Origin: Podarcis melisellensis
Taxonomy: Eukaryota
Length of the DNA: 64,000 bases
Assembly: GCA_964234715.1 (NCBI GenBank)
Contig: OZ174276.1
Strand: one strand, 5' to 3'
Shown in pieces: positions 1-12,838 of the stretch (positions are counted from its first letter, which is position 1; every line of letters starts with the position of its first letter). The position numbers and the translations under genes are program-made. The notes beneath the pieces were generated by a model, which was not told the origin of the DNA, searched no databases, and saw nothing but the letters and a program-made list of their open reading frames with translations.

Positions 1-214
1 AGAAAAGCTGTTATTAAGAACGTAAACTGCTTTGGCAAGGAGCTATCTTTTCATTAGTAAAGTAGCCAAGAACTCTTAGACACAATATAAGTTCTTTTCC
101 TTGTTTTCCCGCTCTTAAAAAACAAAACTTGCAATAATCCAGAACTGATGTCTTGCATTTAAGACCTACAAGAATCTTTTCTGTAAGTCACTGTTTGACT
201 AATTCTGTTTGCAG

Positions 215-321
215 GGTTTTCCTGCAGAATTTGCAATGTATCTGAACTACTGTCGTGGCTTGCGCTTTGAAGAGGCTCCTGACTACATGTATCTGAGGCA
301 GTTATTCCGTATCCTTTTCAG
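215..321 (+). CDS. CSNK1A1: Casein kinase I alpha, internal coding exon (107 nt, kinase domain C-lobe)
   Basis: The acceptor is tttgcag| at 214 and the donor is CAG|gtcagt at 322. It translates to [35 protein letters not shown](R), which matches vertebrate CK1alpha as I recall it. Confidence 0.98.
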
Positions 322-1439
322 GTCAGTGGGGCTGAGGGTACCACAAAACCTTTGAGCATAACAGTGATAAACTAGCAAGTGCTTAGAACTAGAAAAAAAG
401 TTCTGCTGACTTTTTATCAGCTTTAACAGAAACCCGTAGCCCTCACCAGGATAGCCTTAATCTCTTCATCTGGTTGAGGATTAGCCTGTCACCAGCAGCA
501 CTGAAAGCAAATATAACATGCGTTATCTTCAAACACTCACCCAGATCAGAGTCAGTTTTTGTTTTGTTTTTTAAATTGAGTAAATGCATGAATTATCTAT
601 AAAAGATCAAATCTAGTATTTCAGCAGAAGAAACTACCTTTATTTCATTGACCACTTCAGTTAACCTGATTTGTCAAGAGTGGAAAGCCAAGCAACATTT
701 AAAGATATATGGCTGCAATAAAACACAGTTTATGATGTCACATTTCCCAGGGCAATGGGGTTGTAAGCAAAATTTGCCCCAAATTTACAGGCTGGTTGGA
801 TGAACGTAGGCCTTGTGTTTTAGAAAGAATATGGACATACTGGGAAGGGAATGGTCCTTGTATACTAAAATGGTTTGTATCTGAAATTTCATGTTACTAC
901 CCAAGGTTCAAGCTGGTTTGTATGTGTAAGTTGTACATTAATTACAATGTAAGCTGTCCTTACTGTTTATAAATGTTGAATTGCTCAAAATGGATTACAG
1001 CTTTAATGCAGACTATTATAATAGAAAATGACCAAGATCCCAAGTGTCACATGTGATGGTCTGCACAGTCATGCAATTTTTTTGAGTACTCCAAAAAGCT
1101 TCAGGTGGTTGCCTCAGAGCATGGATAGGTAGCCAGATGGAGGAAGGGAACTGGGTGCAGAGATCATTTATTTCCTCCCACACTAGCAGGTGAAGTGCTT
1201 TACACTTCATGTATGGGGCTCTTTGGATCTTGGCCAATACTTTGTAAGTGACTGCTAAGTGGCTTTCAAACTTGCTGCGAACAGATTTTTAATTAATTAA
1301 TCCCCCACACTACTCAATCTTCAAGTGTTTTACAAAGCATTATTAATTTTAGGCTTCAGTAAAATTTGTCTGCTATATAATGGCAATGTAGGTATTACAT
1401 TGCAGTGAATATTCTGCTTTTTCTTTTTCTGCTCACTAG

Positions 1440-1461
1440 GACTCTGAATCACCAATATGAC
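1440..1461 (+). CDS. CSNK1A1: CK1alpha penultimate coding exon, visible 5' part only (the rest is in the N-gap)
   Basis: A polypyrimidine tract and ctag| acceptor precede it. Joined to the previous exon it reads (R)TLNHQYD. The expected remainder (YTFDWTMLKQK...TPTG, with or without the 12-aa S insert) would end at about 1552 or 1588, inside the gap 1462-1633. Confidence 0.93.
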
Positions 1462-1633
1462 NNNNNNNNNNNNNNNNNNNNNNNNNNNNNNNNNNNNNNN
1501 NNNNNNNNNNNNNNNNNNNNNNNNNNNNNNNNNNNNNNNNNNNNNNNNNNNNNNNNNNNNNNNNNNNNNNNNNNNNNNNNNNNNNNNNNNNNNNNNNNNN
1601 NNNNNNNNNNNNNNNNNNNNNNNNNNNNNNNNN
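1462..1633. other. Assembly gap (N run)
   Basis: 172 consecutive N. Confidence 1.
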
Positions 1634-4383
1634 ACACTAATTTGGATGTCGGTGAAGTTAAGTGTTAGATCAAGGAGGCCATTAAAAACACACATTTGGC
1701 TATTTAGTATTAAAGAAAACGGACGTCCTTGGAAAATTTGACTACTAACTTTAAACCAAGTGTCCTTGTTTTTCATATCATTTCTTTGGGGATGTTGGGT
1801 CATTTTAACCACTGCATCTTCTGCTCCCGCATTAACCCCTCTTCAAAACTGGCTTGGTGTTGGGAACATGACAAACAGTATGATCCAAAATCCTAGACCT
1901 AACACTTTTTCAGACGAAAGCCTTCTGTTTACTTTTTCTATTGGGTCAGCATTCAGAAGCTTTGGTACGGGTACCTTTATTCTTGCATCCAAAATGAAGA
2001 TGGAAAAGTAGGCATGATCTCACTTGGAGTTCTGCCTAAAGCACTTGTGTGATGGATTTTTATTCCTTGGCATAGATAGTGTTAATTTTCCATCTTCAAT
2101 TACAAATCCAGGCATGGATTATCCTGTGGGGTGAACTAATAAGGGGACTCTTTAATTTAAATTGAATTTTAACTGTCCATTATGTTAAGTTTTTGCTTTT
2201 ATTAAAATGTGGATTCAAATGAAAACTGAATTTAATATGTTTTCAACACTGACACCTCTTAAACTGGTTTTCTATGAAGACCAAACCATGGGAGAACTTC
2301 TGTCCAAAGCTTAATAAATACAGCCCAGTACTGTATATCCTGGGCTTTTGTGGCTATAGGTGAGCCATGTCCTCTATCAGGTTGGCTTGTTACCCACAAA
2401 GGAGCTCACTCTGCTCCTTCCTAGAATGGGGGTTCCAAGATCTCTCAGGGTGATGCACTTCATGAGGCAGCTTCATGAGCTGACATCTACAGAATTGCAA
2501 ATGGTGGATGCCACATCTGCAGTAATTCAGGTTTAAAAGGAACCCATTTTACAGCAGGAAGGTGGACAGTAAGATAGCTAGGAGCTGAGCCTGCTGCTAA
2601 CCTGTGGTGGGAATGGATAGGGTTGTACCTGTCATAGGGGACCATCATGCCAGTCCTTGAATAAAGAGTCTGAAAAACAATCCTAGTGTGGGTGGGGGGT
2701 GGAATATACCTATTCCAGACAAGAAAGAATGAGGCGGAGCTCACAATGTGCTGAAGGAAATAGTAGAAAATCTCTCAAATTTTATTGCTTAACACATTTG
2801 AAGCATAGCCATTCACTATTCTCTTGTGAATAAGGTGTTAAAGGGGGAAGGGGGACAATGAAGGTCTATGAGTTAGTGAAGACTTCACTCTTCTTGAGAA
2901 GCAGAGTCTCCAAAAATGCCAGAAACTGGGGTGTCTGAAGAGAAGAGAAGCCTTCAGTGAAGCAATCTGAGACAAGACTGTGATGATTGTACCTACCTGT
3001 ACTTAACATGGAATAAAGTGAAGTTACCTGCTGAAATCGGTTTGCATCCTGGTATCCGTGGGGCAGACATGGTCAAAAGATAATAGAATGGAACAAAGAG
3101 GTCTGGGCCAAAGGGACTACAAGTCTTCATAGATTTGAGCATCCAGTTCTTGGCTTTAGCAGACAAACAACCTATGTTTTACCATATTCATCCACTGAGT
3201 TCACTTGAGTTGCCTTGTAAGTCCTATTTTGTAGTCTCAAGTCCTTGAATACTGCAATTTGCTCAATTCACAAATGGTAAACATTATTACTCTTACCAGC
3301 TGAACTTGAATTACTACTTTTCATAAAATGGAAAAAATAGTCTGTCCAGTAATAAGCAAATGCTTCTAAAAAGTCTGCTTAATCTTAAAGTAGATAATCT
3401 TGATCAGTGCCTTTACACGAGGAAAGGGAGACAAGACAGCAGAAAGCACTAATTTCGCATTTCTCCACCAAGTACAAATAATTCTGTAGGGCCAGAGGAA
3501 TGTGAGTTGAACAAAACTTGAGATTGCTGGCTATTTTGTTATTCTGAGGTGGGGCAGAGGAGTGGATGCAACACAGAGAAGAAACTCAAGGCAGGTAGGG
3601 AAAGGACAGCTTTGTTTGCTCTTCTTAGCATCTAGGGTTGGTCACAATTAGCTGTTACACGACTTTCTGGCAAATAGAAGGCTCTTATTGGAAAATAAAT
3701 TCTTCCAGTGTTAAACAAAATAATCAGGGGGGAGGTGTATTAAATGGAAACAGTGGGACAAAGAAGCAAGGCCTGGTTTTCAGAATGAAATGTTGTAAGA
3801 AATGCTTCTCAAGAAGAAATGACTTCAAATGATGTGGACCTATGTGAACACTCTGGATCAACTGGTTAGTAAACATTTTTGCACTTTTCTTATTTATTGT
3901 ACCCACATATTGCTGTGCTAATATAAGCAGAGCATATTGGGGTGGATTGTTTTGGAGTTTCAATGTACAATTAATTACTGAATTTATGGGAATATGTTAC
4001 TTGCACTCTTGCTGCTGCTGTAGGACTTCTCATATTATTGATTGTTCGGCATAAGCAAATACTCTGGTTGAAGATTGTGCAACACTTGTTATGCCATAGT
4101 GGGAAAAAATCACTATTTAATTTGCTTTTGAGAGGGCTGACACATTGTTAAATATGAGCTTATATTTGGCTTTTCCCTTGTAAATATTTTGAAGTGACAT
4201 CCACAGCAGACCGAGCCTCTGAATAAGAATTTATGAATGCAAACATTGTTGTCCTAAAGGATGGTCACATCCCGTATTCATAGCAAATATTCCTTGTTTT
4301 AGAGCAAAACAGCTCCGCAGAATGTAATAGTTTCCCATAAACACAATTCCTACGTGCTTTAAGCATATCCCAGCTCTATGGAC

Positions 4384-4409
4384 GTGTGTGTGTGTGTGTG
4401 TGTGTGTGT
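4384..4409. repeat. (GT)n microsatellite
   Basis: About 13 GT units. Confidence 0.95.
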
Positions 4410-4639
4410 TTTAAAGAATGGGTCTGGCAAATTTTACAATTAAAGCAAGTGTACTCAATTACAGAAGTTGACTTTTCATTGTTTTTGTTTCAGGGTCCAT
4501 ATAAGAGGTTATAACTATCCGTTTGCAACATCTACAGCTTCATAGTCATCTGCTGGTGCCACCAAAACCAGCAGTGCTGCAACTTAAATACATATTGGAC
4601 AATAAACTGCATGCTTCAAACAAGATATCTTCATCCAAT

Positions 4640-5960
4640 TGGAACCATGGATGATTTCATAATAGTAGTTGATGAAAAATGCTCTGTTTGTTAGTGCAAC
4701 TAACCCTTTTGTGGGTGATCAGAATAAAATCTTTATTGGCACAGGTCAGTAATTATGACCAGGCTTTTATTTCATAAGTCAAAATAGCCATTGCTGAAAA
4801 GTTACTGAATATGAGTGTGAGTAGTATGCAAAAAACAAAAACAAGATTGGAAACTTGCTAGCTTGTCTTACTGGGTGGAGCAACATAATGATTCAGCAAA
4901 AAGCTCTTTAGCTGAAAGCAGATGTTGGATTTATTTTTCAGAATATCTGATGTTAGGAACTCAACTTGGGAGAGGCAGGGGTGAAAACTTAAGAGTTTGC
5001 AGCAGCCAGAAGCAATTCTGCAAATGTACAGTGCATAAGATCTGCATGATGGAAGAAACATGAAATGCCACAGGTTTTATTTAATGGATCTTTTAGCCTA
5101 CTGGAAATAAGCCACATTGAATACAGTAGGGCTTCTGAGCAAATATGCATAGGTTCAGGCTGTTGATGAAAGAGAAGAGTGTCTGAGATGAAGAAAACAC
5201 TGAAATTTCAAAATACTTCTACAGCCAACTTGCTTTGACTTAATGAAGAGAGCAGGTGGATTTAAACTAATTCTTCCCCAAGATACAGCTGACGTCAGCT
5301 GCTCTGACCTGTTGCACAGTTTGTTTATGAACTGCCCTATTCTAATGAACGTTTTGAAGAAAACAATTACCACACAGATGGAATTAGCAACTTTTCATCA
5401 TTTCCTGAAGGAAAAAAAGGTAGACTGCTTGGAATCTTGAAATCTAATTCATCACTTGTGTTACACAAAGATTACTGATGCTGTCAAAAAATTTGGAAAG
5501 AAGACCACGATCTTGAAGAAAAATGTGCCAACAAAATTCAGTTGCAATATAAATCAAGCATTAAATTAACTTAATCTTCCTTGCCTATATTTTAACCCTG
5601 AATGCAGGTTAGATGCCTGACTGATGAATAAGACATTGTGACATAAGCTTTCTTCAGTAAACTCGCCTATAACCTCAGCACTAGAGGTTGGCTATTCAAG
5701 GTACATACCTGTTCCTTAACTTTTTTAAAGAAGGCCACTCCAGTGAACTGGTGAAAGCTTTTGTTAAGCATCTGGAGACACAAGTCCCCCCTCCCCAAGA
5801 ACTAAACCAGCTTTTCACAGCAAAGCCGCCTCAGCAGGTAGAGAGAGTGCTATTGGCTTCATTTGAAATTCGGCAGTCAAAGATGAAAAATGAACTAGGA
5901 AATGAAAAAGCAAATTTTTCTTTGTTCCAGTCTATAAATAAGTTGATGGTTTTTATTTGA
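4640..5960 (+). mobile_element. Highly degraded hAT-superfamily transposase fossil in the last CSNK1A1 intron
   Basis: Collinear peptide remnants across several frames: LFVSATNPF (~4685), GWSN (~4875), GGFKLILPQDT (~5255), NCPILMNV, ITDAVK, KKATPVNW, and the dimerisation-domain-like LFTA..VER...SKMKNELGNEKA (5810-5910). There are many frameshifts, and I could not identify the ends. Confidence 0.75.
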
Positions 5961-8323
5961 AGGACATTGTAAATAGGAAATTATAGACTATTTGAGTTTG
6001 TATTTTAATAAAATAATAGTCTTGGTTTTTTATGTTATCTTTAAACATTGTAAGCAAAGAGTTAATCTATTAAATAAGCACTGTACCAAAAGCCACTTAT
6101 TAAAAAGTATAATATGGAAAGTTTCATATCTACCTATATAGATTTGAAGGTTCTGTTCAATATTGCTTAGTTCATCACAGCCACAGACTAGTGGTTTACT
6201 GTAATTTTAGAATGAAAGGATTCCGTTAATATATTTAAATAGTGGAATTGTCACAATTTTCAGTTTACCTTCGTTCAGGTACATAGAAAGGCAGTGCAAG
6301 AAGTAGTTTTATGCTTGTATTCAACTTTGCATTGTGTATTCAGATGAAATTTCTATCAAACCCAACTCCCAAAACACCTTGACACTACTGTGGCCACGAA
6401 GAGTTGGCTTTGACAGTATTTTTTCATCTTGTTTTGCTTTGTTTCTTGACTAGTAATTGTTTCGACTGGTAAACTTCCATCTCCAAAATACCACTGCAGA
6501 CTGGAGCTGAATCCCCTTAATGTAACAAAATGTATGCACCTTTGGAGGAGTGTTTAGTTTCACTTCTGATTTTGCTAGTATTTAGTTTGGCTCAGTACCC
6601 TCTGTAGAACAATATGAATGTAGCCAGACAAAGATGGTCATGGAAACATAGGAAGCCTGGTTTGCTAAACAAAAAACCTTTTTGTCTATGGGGACATCAG
6701 TATCCTAGATACAAAATCTTAGATACAGTGTTTGTGTTTAACCCCTTTTAGGTCCTATACAATAGCCATTCCGATGTGATTTGAAAGTAGCTGGTTTACC
6801 TCCAAGAAATTTGTAGGGTTTAATAAAGGTTATACACTATAACTGGAGTATGTCTCACAAGTTCAGTTCAGACTAGAAAGTGAGTCAGTATATTCTGTGT
6901 GAATATCCACCACTAAGTATATTTAAGCAACCAGTTGAGGTGCAGGGACGCTTTTTCTAGGTAGAACTAAGGAAACTTGCTTGAAAGTATTGCTCAGTTG
7001 AGAAGGGAAACTGAGATGTGCACTGCTTCTTGAGGAAAAGCTAAGTGCAGCAGGAGCAAAGTAAAGGCTGTGCTGAAGTAATGTGTTAAGAGCTATCAGG
7101 GTAAGAAAGCTAATAGAATTGTAGCGTCTAATAACATAATAACAAGCTCTTCTCTCAATATTACCTTTCTAGACAGTTTTCTTTTTGTGGGTGAGAAAGG
7201 GGGGATTCTGAATGTGAACAGTAAGGGGAGGGGTATTGAAGGGTGACATCACTTTAACTGCAACATCTCATGATGACATGCACATGTACAGTTATAGAAA
7301 TTGCATGTTTTCTAATTTCAACTCAGACTGTGCTCTTCAATGGAGGTGTTCACACAGTTAGCAGTAAGCCAGTGATGTGCATACCACTGGGAGTCAGCCT
7401 TAATTTGGACATAAATATTGTGCTACCTGCTGCTTTGGTGATTACTTAGTAGGCTTCCCTTTGTTTTTCACATTGGTAGTAATGGGAAAGGCAGTGGCAA
7501 TGCACTTGGGCAAGGAGCAGTTGGAACACTAGTTCTTGTGTTGCAATATCATTGAAAATCTGAAACTTGGGGGTGGGGGGCGACTTTCTGGAAAAGGTAA
7601 AATCTTTAAATGAAGGCTTCTATGTACTAAACCACTACCAGACTCTGATGCTTAAAAGATCTAACGTATGGTGTTTTCTACCATATTTAACTTATTAAAT
7701 GTCTGTGTCTGCAGTATACATATACTGCTAATTCCATAGTATTCAAGGCCAGGCCCAGTGAGTGGTAATGATGAATTTAGGTTACTCCTGTATATTTACA
7801 TTTCAGTGGAGGTTTTTTCTTCTTCCCTTTCAGTAACCTTAATTATAGTACAGTCAAGAGGTCGCCTCCTTAATTTCAAAATAGAAACCCAGTGGGCCAA
7901 TTGCTAAGTTTTGGTCAGCATTATACTATCAATTTAAACTTGTAATTGAAAACTGGAAGACTGTCACCTGAACTAAATAAAGCTTTTTTCTTTTTTCTTT
8001 GATACCACTGGGCTTGTGCCTCTGCAGTTTTTCCTCACTGAGTGAAGATGACAAACTACTGTATATATTAAATGCCAGTGTGCCTGGAGCTAGTGGTCTA
8101 TAGTCTCTAACTGCATAATGTCAAGTCAAGCATGGGTTATTGCAGAACAATGAGTCGTACAAGTGATGTTGACTCTTATCCTGTACCCTCTACTATCCAC
8201 AGGAGCATAGAAATATTACTTCAAAGCTTTTACTGCAGAGTAAATGCTTTTCTCCTAATGTTAGTACATATAGATGCTTTTGTTCAGAATAGCTTTTGCC
8301 TTAATTATTATTTTTGGTTTCAG

Positions 8324-8372
8324 ATTAGCGCAGAGTTCAAGTTTTGTCTTACGTATAATCAACACATTTAAG
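8324..8372 (+). other. CSNK1A1: Candidate 49-nt alternative exon of CSNK1A1 (encodes D-stop)
   Basis: Acceptor tttttggtttcag| with a ccttaat branch-like motif upstream, and donor AAG|gtaatt. In phase 1 it reads G|AT TAG. Confidence 0.45.
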
Positions 8373-11300
8373 GTAATTTCATTAATAAAACAATTTTGAA
8401 ATGTTTTCGTACACTTAAGTAGATTTTTGTTTTTAATGCGGTTTGTCAAGTCTTGAGTTACTTTAGTTGTGTTAATTTCTGAACAACGGAAAGCACATTC
8501 TCAAAAAACAAATGTCATAGCTGTGTAACTGTCTTGGTGATGGTTCCTCCAGCAGATTCTGTCAAACTTAATTCTGAAGAGCGGAGTTAAATCCAGAGTA
8601 TTAAAATTGTAAATTGAAACCATTTAACTTATTTCTGAGGGAAGACTTCTATCAGTACTGCTATTAATACCTAGGTATCTCATATCCCTTGTATCACACC
8701 TGACCTCTAATGCTAAGGCCTATGAACTGGCTGCATATTTTAAAATGCACACCAGCTATATTTGTTATGCAAAGGGTGTTTGTTTTTTAGTCCTTTGAAG
8801 TTTAGTAGTTTAATATCGAGAATTAAGTGACTAATTTAGACCAACAGACAGTGGGCTTGTGGGTTGCTGCCAACTTTCTGATTAATAGTGACTTCAGGTG
8901 TGCAACATGCAAATGTGTAGAAGAGTAGAGAGGGCAAATGATAGAAAACCTGAAAACTTCCAATCTCTACTCAGACTAAAAGTTTTGTAGGTGGTAGTCT
9001 TGAAAGCCATGAAACGATTGCCCCAAATCTTCTGACCTAGATTATAAGAATATTTACTTTCTGCAGAGGTGAAAGGAATTCTAGTGTGTCATTAGTCTAT
9101 CTTACTTGTTGCACAATCCCAGAAGGGAATAGAGCATATTAAAAGCTAGTTCCAAAGATCTCCACAAACAATCAGGAGATTTTTCCACCCACACATGGCT
9201 GTTAACGATTTTTCTATTGGGTTTCAGCTCCCCAAATAAGTATTAGCACAGTAGATCATCTCCTGAACATAGAAAAGTTTCTCAGAAGCTGTGAGGAGGA
9301 GCCCAAGACATGCTTATGATTAAAGAAGCTATAAGTTTAAGGAATGAATAGAAAAACTGCCAACACTGAAGAAGTTGGGAATGGGGTAGTTAACTATGGC
9401 TTACATTAAGACATCTTAACTTAAAATGGATTTTAATAATTTTAAAATTGTGAATCTACTGGTAAAATGTGACTGTTTATAAGTTCTGCTAGAATACTAC
9501 CTGAATAAAAGAGAAGGTTATAGTTGCACACTTTAAAATTATCATGCTGAATTCCAGACTATCTAGGAAATACTGAGCTAAAAATTCTTTTAAGAAGTTC
9601 TTCCATCACATAACCTTTGTGGCTGCATACTAAAATGAAGAGTTATTGGAGATTAAACATCATACTGGTTCATGGATGTTGGCGCAGTGTCCTTAACTTT
9701 GAAAATTGCCACTGAATCCACCAATGTAGTTGTAGGTTTGAAAATCTATTTTTGAGTGGTTTACAATCTTCATATATTACTCAAGATCTGTAATGGAAGT
9801 TGGGAGAACAAATTTCCAGCTGTGAGAAAAAACCTTACCAGCAATTTCCAGTCAGTTGTATTTTACTGGACGGTCCTTTTCTGCACTTGTCCTGATCATG
9901 TCCTTGCCTGGTTATACAGACTATTGGGAGTTTCTTTGACAACTGCTTCTCAGCCTATGAAGCAGGATGCTATGGTGGGTCACCAAAGCAGGCAGTTCTG
10001 TTTTGCTGATACTGAAGCTCTATAGCAACAGGACACAACATTGCATTCAGAAGCGGAAAAATTCTCTCCCCCAGGAAAGCAGCTAGCATGGGGACGACCG
10101 GTTCTCCAAACCCAGGGAGAAAAAAATAGCCATAGGAAGTACGTTTCCCACTCAGTCCCAGTAAGGAATGGGGGAGAGAAAATGTAGAGGTTACTGGCTG
10201 CTAAAATGTAATTCAGGAATAGCTTGAAAGAAGTTGCCTCTGAGTAGAACACAAATCCACCTCATTCCAAATAAGAAAAGGCTCACAAAAAAACTTTCAA
10301 GGCCTATTTGTGTGCTACTGAATATTTGTCCATGGATATATATATTTGTTTGAAATGAATGTGAGATAAAGTCCTTCCCAAAACCTTTGTTTTTCAGTAA
10401 CAGAGTTTGCTGTGCCTAGACCCTGTGTGAGAAGTCTCTGCCCCCCCCAACTTCCTCTTGTTTTCTAGAGGAATCTGTTTCTATAATTTATCGTTCTTTT
10501 AAAACCCATACTACTGCTGATTGGTCTCATAATTCACCCTGCTTTTACACTACCACCCCATCCCTTTCTCTGGAAAAGGAAAGGTGGTTTTTCACTTCCC
10601 TCATAGAAGCTGTGTTGTCAGTGTTTTGTGTTTTGTGTTTGAGTCCCATCAACTGCTAAAATGTAGGTATTCATTCTCTGGCATACCAGCAGTACAAACA
10701 GTGGTTATGAAGGGAGCTTGTGAATGAAGGGAAACAGTGTATATAGCTTATTTTTATAAAATGATTGCTGCTTCAATGTCAATGGAGATAGAAATAGAGA
10801 TGGAGGAAAAATTGGTTTTAAATGGATTTATACGTGGAAATTGTTTGTTCCAACCTAACTGAGCTTTGCCTGCATCAGGTAGTCTCAGGTATTGAACGCC
10901 TGCCTATGTCTGAGCCACATATCCATTAACAGTTATTTTTAAAGCCTAATTATACGCAGAATTATACACACAAAAACGTATATTGTAATTGCAATGCACA
11001 CAAGTCCTATGTGGTTCCATATTTCTGCAGCATAATTTTATTTATTATCACATGTATTCTTATACAGCTATATGCATTGTTGTATGTATCTCTGTGTTGG
11101 TTACTTTAGGAAACCTTGAGCATGTATGTGTATAATAATGCGTATAATATATGTGAGTTGTTCATATTTTTAGTGGAACTGATAAAAAAGTAACCCATCA
11201 TCAAGAATAAGCTTAGCACCAGTGTTTTCATAAAAATCCTTCCCTAGTCTGATATTAGAGTTTGTCTACTCTTGATGGCTTCCTTCATATATTTGGATTG

Positions 11301-11921
11301 GGTAGATTCCTTATGGAAACTGCAGGGCATTTAAATAGATGTAAACAATTTGGATTTAGAATAAATGTGATTTAGTAAACATTACTGGGTTTATACGCAG
11401 AATTAAGTTTCATAACATCCTAACTTGAACAGCTGCAGTCAAACAAAACTCTGCATCATTTAGCAGTATTGCAACGTAATTGTAAGGACTATTAAGCCTA
11501 ACCTAATGCTGCTAAATGTTCATCAGCAGTCTGCAACTGCCATTCTGTGCTGGTAATCCCAGTAGGGTTTCTTACAATTTGAGAAGCCACAAAGCTACAT
11601 TAGATGAGAAATCACTATGAAATAAAACTCTTAAATGGGTTGCTTGTGGCCAGACGAAAATTTCTTTATTTGAAACGTTTGTCGAGTACGTTGATGCGAC
11701 ATACCTTCCCTTTCATTCAGAAAAGAGATCTCTCTGACTCAGCTCATTGGCAAGGACCAGACTGTACATTCCTTCTGAAAGAATGGATGCTGCTGGAAAT
11801 TGCTGGATAAATGTGTATATGAATGGTAGAAAAGCAAAAGCATTGTTCACTTTTGTTTTGCCGCGGGCACACACCATGGCTTGATTTTACAGTAATCTGT
11901 ACTGGTTATGTTTTATTGCAG

Positions 11922-11961
11922 ATGTTGGCTGTTTAAGCAAGTCTCTCAATCGTGGTTGCAG
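11922..11961 (+). other. CSNK1A1: Candidate 40-nt frame-shifting cassette exon of CSNK1A1
   Basis: Acceptor ttttattgcag| and a weaker donor CAG|gtggca. It is open in phase 1 (DVGCLSKSLNRGC) and sits in a locally CpG-retaining block. Confidence 0.45.
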
Positions 11962-12134
11962 GTGGCAACCATCCTTTGAGTCTCTTTCTTAGACCCACAT
12001 TTTGGTTTATTTGTAGTTGTTCACAGCAAGATCTATATAGCCGCAGTTTCAAACACAGATAAAACAATTATCTCAAGTGACAATGTTTTTCTTATGTAGA
12101 GAGCAAGTACTTGTAAGTTTCCAGCTTTTGTACC

Positions 12135-12204
12135 CACTTCCCTGGGAGGAAGCCCTATTGAACTCGGTGGGACATGCTTTTGAGTTGACATGCATAGGAT
12201 TGCA
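12135..12204. mobile_element. Remnant of a small squamate MITE (catgcataggattgca terminus)
   Basis: Resembles a common lizard MITE. A related degraded copy lies at ~26725-26810. Confidence 0.5.
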
Positions 12205-12830
12205 TCATAAGCCGTGTACCGGCTGCTCTTAATTCTACAGTCTGTTCCCTTGCACATTCATGAATCAGGGCTGCAAGCTTCGTTCAATGGATAGGCAGCA
12301 ACTTGAATCAGTTGGACTTGAGTTAAGAATATGCTAGTTATTTCAAGGGCCACTTTTTGTTAATGTAGAATATGAGAGAAGGCCACTTCTAGTGGCCTTT
12401 CTAACAGACCAGTTTCCGGTATCCTAAACATGCAACTCTATTTAAATATAATTGGCTAAAAGAAAAGTGGTTAATGAGCTAAAACTTAATTGTAAGCAGC
12501 CCTAGCATGAATGTATCAAGAAATATCATACTTCACTAATGGTGGTTGGATTATGAATAGCGATGATGCGTTGCTAAGACTGGCGGCCAATAGTAGCATT
12601 GCCTTAAGGAAAATGTGAATTATTGCATGCCTTTCTCTTGGTGTACAAGTAGGACTCTTTTTACATGGGGCAAGGCTGCTATCAAACAAACTCAATCAAG
12701 CACGGATTTAAGTCTGTAATTTTGAATTGAGTTGCATTTTCCTTCGAAGGCCATAATGTTTGTTTAAAGCCTCCCACTCAAGTGGCTGTTTTTTATTTCC
12801 AAATATCAAAGTGTTCTGTTTGCCTTCCAG

Positions 12831-12838
12831 GTTTTTGA
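12831..12838 (+). CDS. CSNK1A1: CK1alpha terminal coding exon (G)F*
   Basis: Acceptor tgccttccag| then GT TTT TGA gives the canonical ...GF-stop end in phase 1. The downstream sequence resembles the mammalian CSNK1A1 3'UTR. Confidence 0.92.

Noticed and set aside
1330-1812. ORFs spanning N-runs (also 41426-41794 and 61684-62122)
   Set aside because: Their length is an artefact of X translation through gaps. Only the TLNHQYD segment is real (CSNK1A1).
2332-3069. Possible solo LTR (TG...AATAAA...CA)
   Set aside because: No matching TSD, PBS/PPT or second copy is visible, so I cannot support it without a repeat library.
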